Part shown: piece after piece, positions 63,174-64,000 of the stretch
Numbering within the stretch: position 1 is the stretch's first letter
Layout of the letters: every line of letters starts with the position of its first letter
Assembly (NCBI GenBank): GCA_951406725.2
Contig: OX597815.1
Location: forward strand, 188,046,001 to 188,110,000
Direction of reading: 5' to 3'
Origin: Octopus vulgaris
Taxonomy: Eukaryota
Length of the DNA stretch: 64,000 nt
The notes under the pieces: model-generated
The model's input: the letters and a program-made list of their open reading frames with translations, nothing else
What the model was told of the DNA's origin: nothing
Database searches by the model: none
Translations under genes and position numbers: made by a program

Positions 63174-63578
63174 AAGAGTAATATAAAACTTTGCAAATAT
63201 CTCCTTTGACTAAAACCACCAATAGAAGAGAATATGACCAAAAACTGTGTATACTCCATCCCAAACAGCTGTGGTAGATTATACAAAGGCGAAACATGCC
63301 ACTCCATCAAAATAAGGGTAGACGAACATCGCAAAGCTGTGACATAAGGAGATATTGATGAATTGAATATAGCTGATCAGGTATGGAAAAATGGAAACCA
63401 CCTCCCCCTGTGGGATGAAGTTAAAATAATAGACACAGAACACCACTGGAAAATACGAAAACTAAAAGAAGCAGCTCATATGCTAGGACATAATAACCTC
63501 TTAAGCAGACTGAGTGCAGATATGAGTAGAATATGGGAACCAGTATTAAGGAAGGATAGGAAAATATCAGATTTATAA
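63174..63578 (+). pseudogene. Penelope GIY-YIG endonuclease remnant
   Basis: KNCVYSIPNSCGRLYKGETCHSIKIRVDEHRKAVT*GDIDELNIADQVWKNGNHLPLWDEVKIIDTEHHWKIRKLKEAAHM, matching VYxIxCxCG..YxGET..R..EH..R..KE. Confidence 0.9.
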
Positions 63579-63760
63579 GTCCTAAAATTCACTCCACAAT
63601 TGCCCACGGGCATATGACATAGTGGTTAAGAGTGCGGGCTACTAACACCAAGATTCCGAGTTCTATTCCAAGCAGTGACCTCAACAATAATAATAAAAAT
63701 AATAATAACAACATTGAAAAATACCTTAGAAATGAGAACCCAGGTTTGAAATTTCCCCAA

Positions 63761-63806
63761 GACACCTGATGAAGGCTGGAGGGTATATTAGTCGAAACGT
63801 TGTGTT
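63761..63806 (+). ncRNA. Minimal type I hammerhead ribozyme motif
   Basis: GACAC-CTGATGA-A-GGCTG-GAGGGTATAT-TAGTC-GAAA-CG-TT-GTGTT. Confidence 0.82.
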
Positions 63807-64000
63807 AACAACAAACAAGACGAGGACAAATAATGTACATAATGTAAATGCCACTTAGCATTTCACCTGGTGTGCTAATGGTTCTGCCAGCTCACTGCCT
63901 TTGATAAAGCTATAAATAATAATCGTGTAAAAATCGGGTTAAAAAGCCTTTTGGACAGAAAATGTCAAGAGCTGCCAATGTGCATTTTTTTCAAACCTCA

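Larger units (their letters stand above)
63127..63850 (+). mobile_element. 5'-truncated Penelope-like retroelement inserted in a SINE B
   Basis: Inverted 5' pLTR piece (63127-63173), GIY-YIG remnant, then pLTR with hammerhead. SINE B halves at 63026-63121 and 63851-63901. Confidence 0.9.

Noticed and set aside
63608-63680. tRNA gene
   Set aside because: Acceptor stem does not pair; it is a tRNA-derived segment within a repeat. The same applies to the SINE heads.

Overview
AT-rich, repeat-saturated eukaryotic DNA, intronic or intergenic, with no convincing host gene. The repeat families resemble those of Octopus genomes; this is recognised from memory, not checked by a search. Contents: about 30 copies of a tRNA/CORE-type SINE, two further tRNA-derived SINE families, many RTE-type LINE 3' ends (one with three C2H2 fingers), a Penelope-like GIY-YIG fragment, R4/Dong-type RLE fragments, a full-length decayed Tc1, two DUF4817-type Tc1/mariner fossils, mariner, piggyBac and pogo-type MITEs, three non-autonomous Helitrons, long microsatellites, a 1 kb local duplication and many fold-back palindromes. 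The most striking hidden layer is about a dozen type I hammerhead-ribozyme motifs, some intact and some decayed or variant, sitting in Penelope-like LTR remnants. One lies in a terminally redundant 458 bp retrozyme-like unit and one lies downstream of a tRNA-like Pol III cassette. RTE 3' UTRs also carry tandem H-type pseudoknot-like units. Coordinates were read by eye and may be off by a few bases.
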